Shown piece after piece: positions 63,644 through 64,000 of a stretch of DNA of 64,000 bases. This DNA is from Candidatus Poribacteria bacterium (GTDB lineage: Bacteria > Poribacteria > WGA-4E > PCPOR2b). The notes beneath the pieces are model-generated. The model worked only from the letters and a program-made list of their open reading frames with translations, was not told where the DNA came from and did not search any database. Location: contig OZ244587.1 of the NCBI GenBank assembly GCA_965218095.1, positions 3,552,001 through 3,616,000 of the forward strand. The letters run 5' to 3'. Every line of letters begins with the position of its first letter. The stretch's first letter is position 1. The translations under genes were made by a program, and so were the position numbers.

Positions 63644-63898
63644 ATGATGAAACAATACAGACATACTCAGATTGGTTATTTCCTCCTCATCTTATATAGT
63701 ACAGTGGTATTGTTTATAGGCTATTTAAATATTGCGACGGATTTTAACCCGTTTGCCTTGGCTGGTCTGATCATTATCCTTATCGTTCTAGGGCTATTTG
63801 CTAGTTTGACGGTGGCGGTCGATGACTAGATGATTAAGATTCAATTTGGGTTGAAAGTTATCCGTAAGACTTTTCTGCTAAAAGACATTGAGGCATAC
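63644..63898 (+). pseudogene. Small membrane protein, interrupted by a TAG and truncated by IS3
   Basis: YRHTQIG, two TM helices, LTVAVDD*MIKIQFG. Confidence 0.55.
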
Positions 63899-64000
63899 TG
63901 AAGTGCCAACGGTAATTAGACCACAAATAAGCAAAGTTAAACCAAGTGTTGTTGCTCAAATTCAACCGGCGTCAAATACCCTAACACCGAGTGAGGTCTT
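63899..64000 (-). mobile_element. End of an IS3-family element
   Basis: Minus-strand RPHSVLGYLTPVEFEQQHLV* (stop 63937-63939); TG-terminal end TGAAGTGCCAACGG. Confidence 0.75.

Noticed and set aside
13916-63829. TAG reassignment, amber suppression or pyrrolysine to explain the in-frame TAGs
   Set aside because: Many intact genes here end in TAG (e.g. 5359, 6855, 14426, 34590, 41830, 47043). Most affected genes also carry frameshifts or insertions, and no pyl genes are present.
1-64000. CRISPR array, tRNA/rRNA genes, prophage
   Set aside because: No regularly spaced repeats, cloverleaf or rRNA signatures, or phage structural genes were seen by eye; a tRNAscan/Infernal run would be needed to be certain.

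Overview
Bacterial chromosomal window. The gene repertoire (DUF4159 protein, CehA/McbA hydrolase, PhyH, Gfo/Idh/MocA, many AKR/MDR/SDR enzymes, heptamer intergenic repeats) is reminiscent of Candidatus Poribacteria, but that is inference. The left end carries an N-methylglutamate (methylamine) cluster, mgsA-mgsB-mgsC-gmaS (glxBCD-glnT), on the minus strand. It is split between mgsB and mgsC by a visibly AT-richer, co-oriented ~5.3 kb cassette: DUF6884/YaaA-like protein, NurA nuclease, HerA ATPase and a TGT/DpdA-like transglycosylase, with a 36-codon relic of a PAPS-reductase-family (SspD/DndC-like) gene at its upstream junction. This is the best candidate for an undescribed base-modification/defence system. 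Other highlights: a 1443-nt ORF-less group II intron inserted antisense into a larA-like gene (removing it restores the frame exactly) and carrying small cargo ORFs; two near-identical gamma-glutamyltransferase paralogues ~41 kb apart; a pyrophosphatase-fold protein lacking much of its active site, overlapping mtnA; a sigma54 promoter ahead of a response regulator and an orphan dnaK; and heavy gene decay with IS5, IS982, IS3 and unclassified DDE elements, MITEs and many pseudogenes. No rRNA, tRNA or CRISPR array was seen. All family calls come from motif recognition by eye, not database searches.
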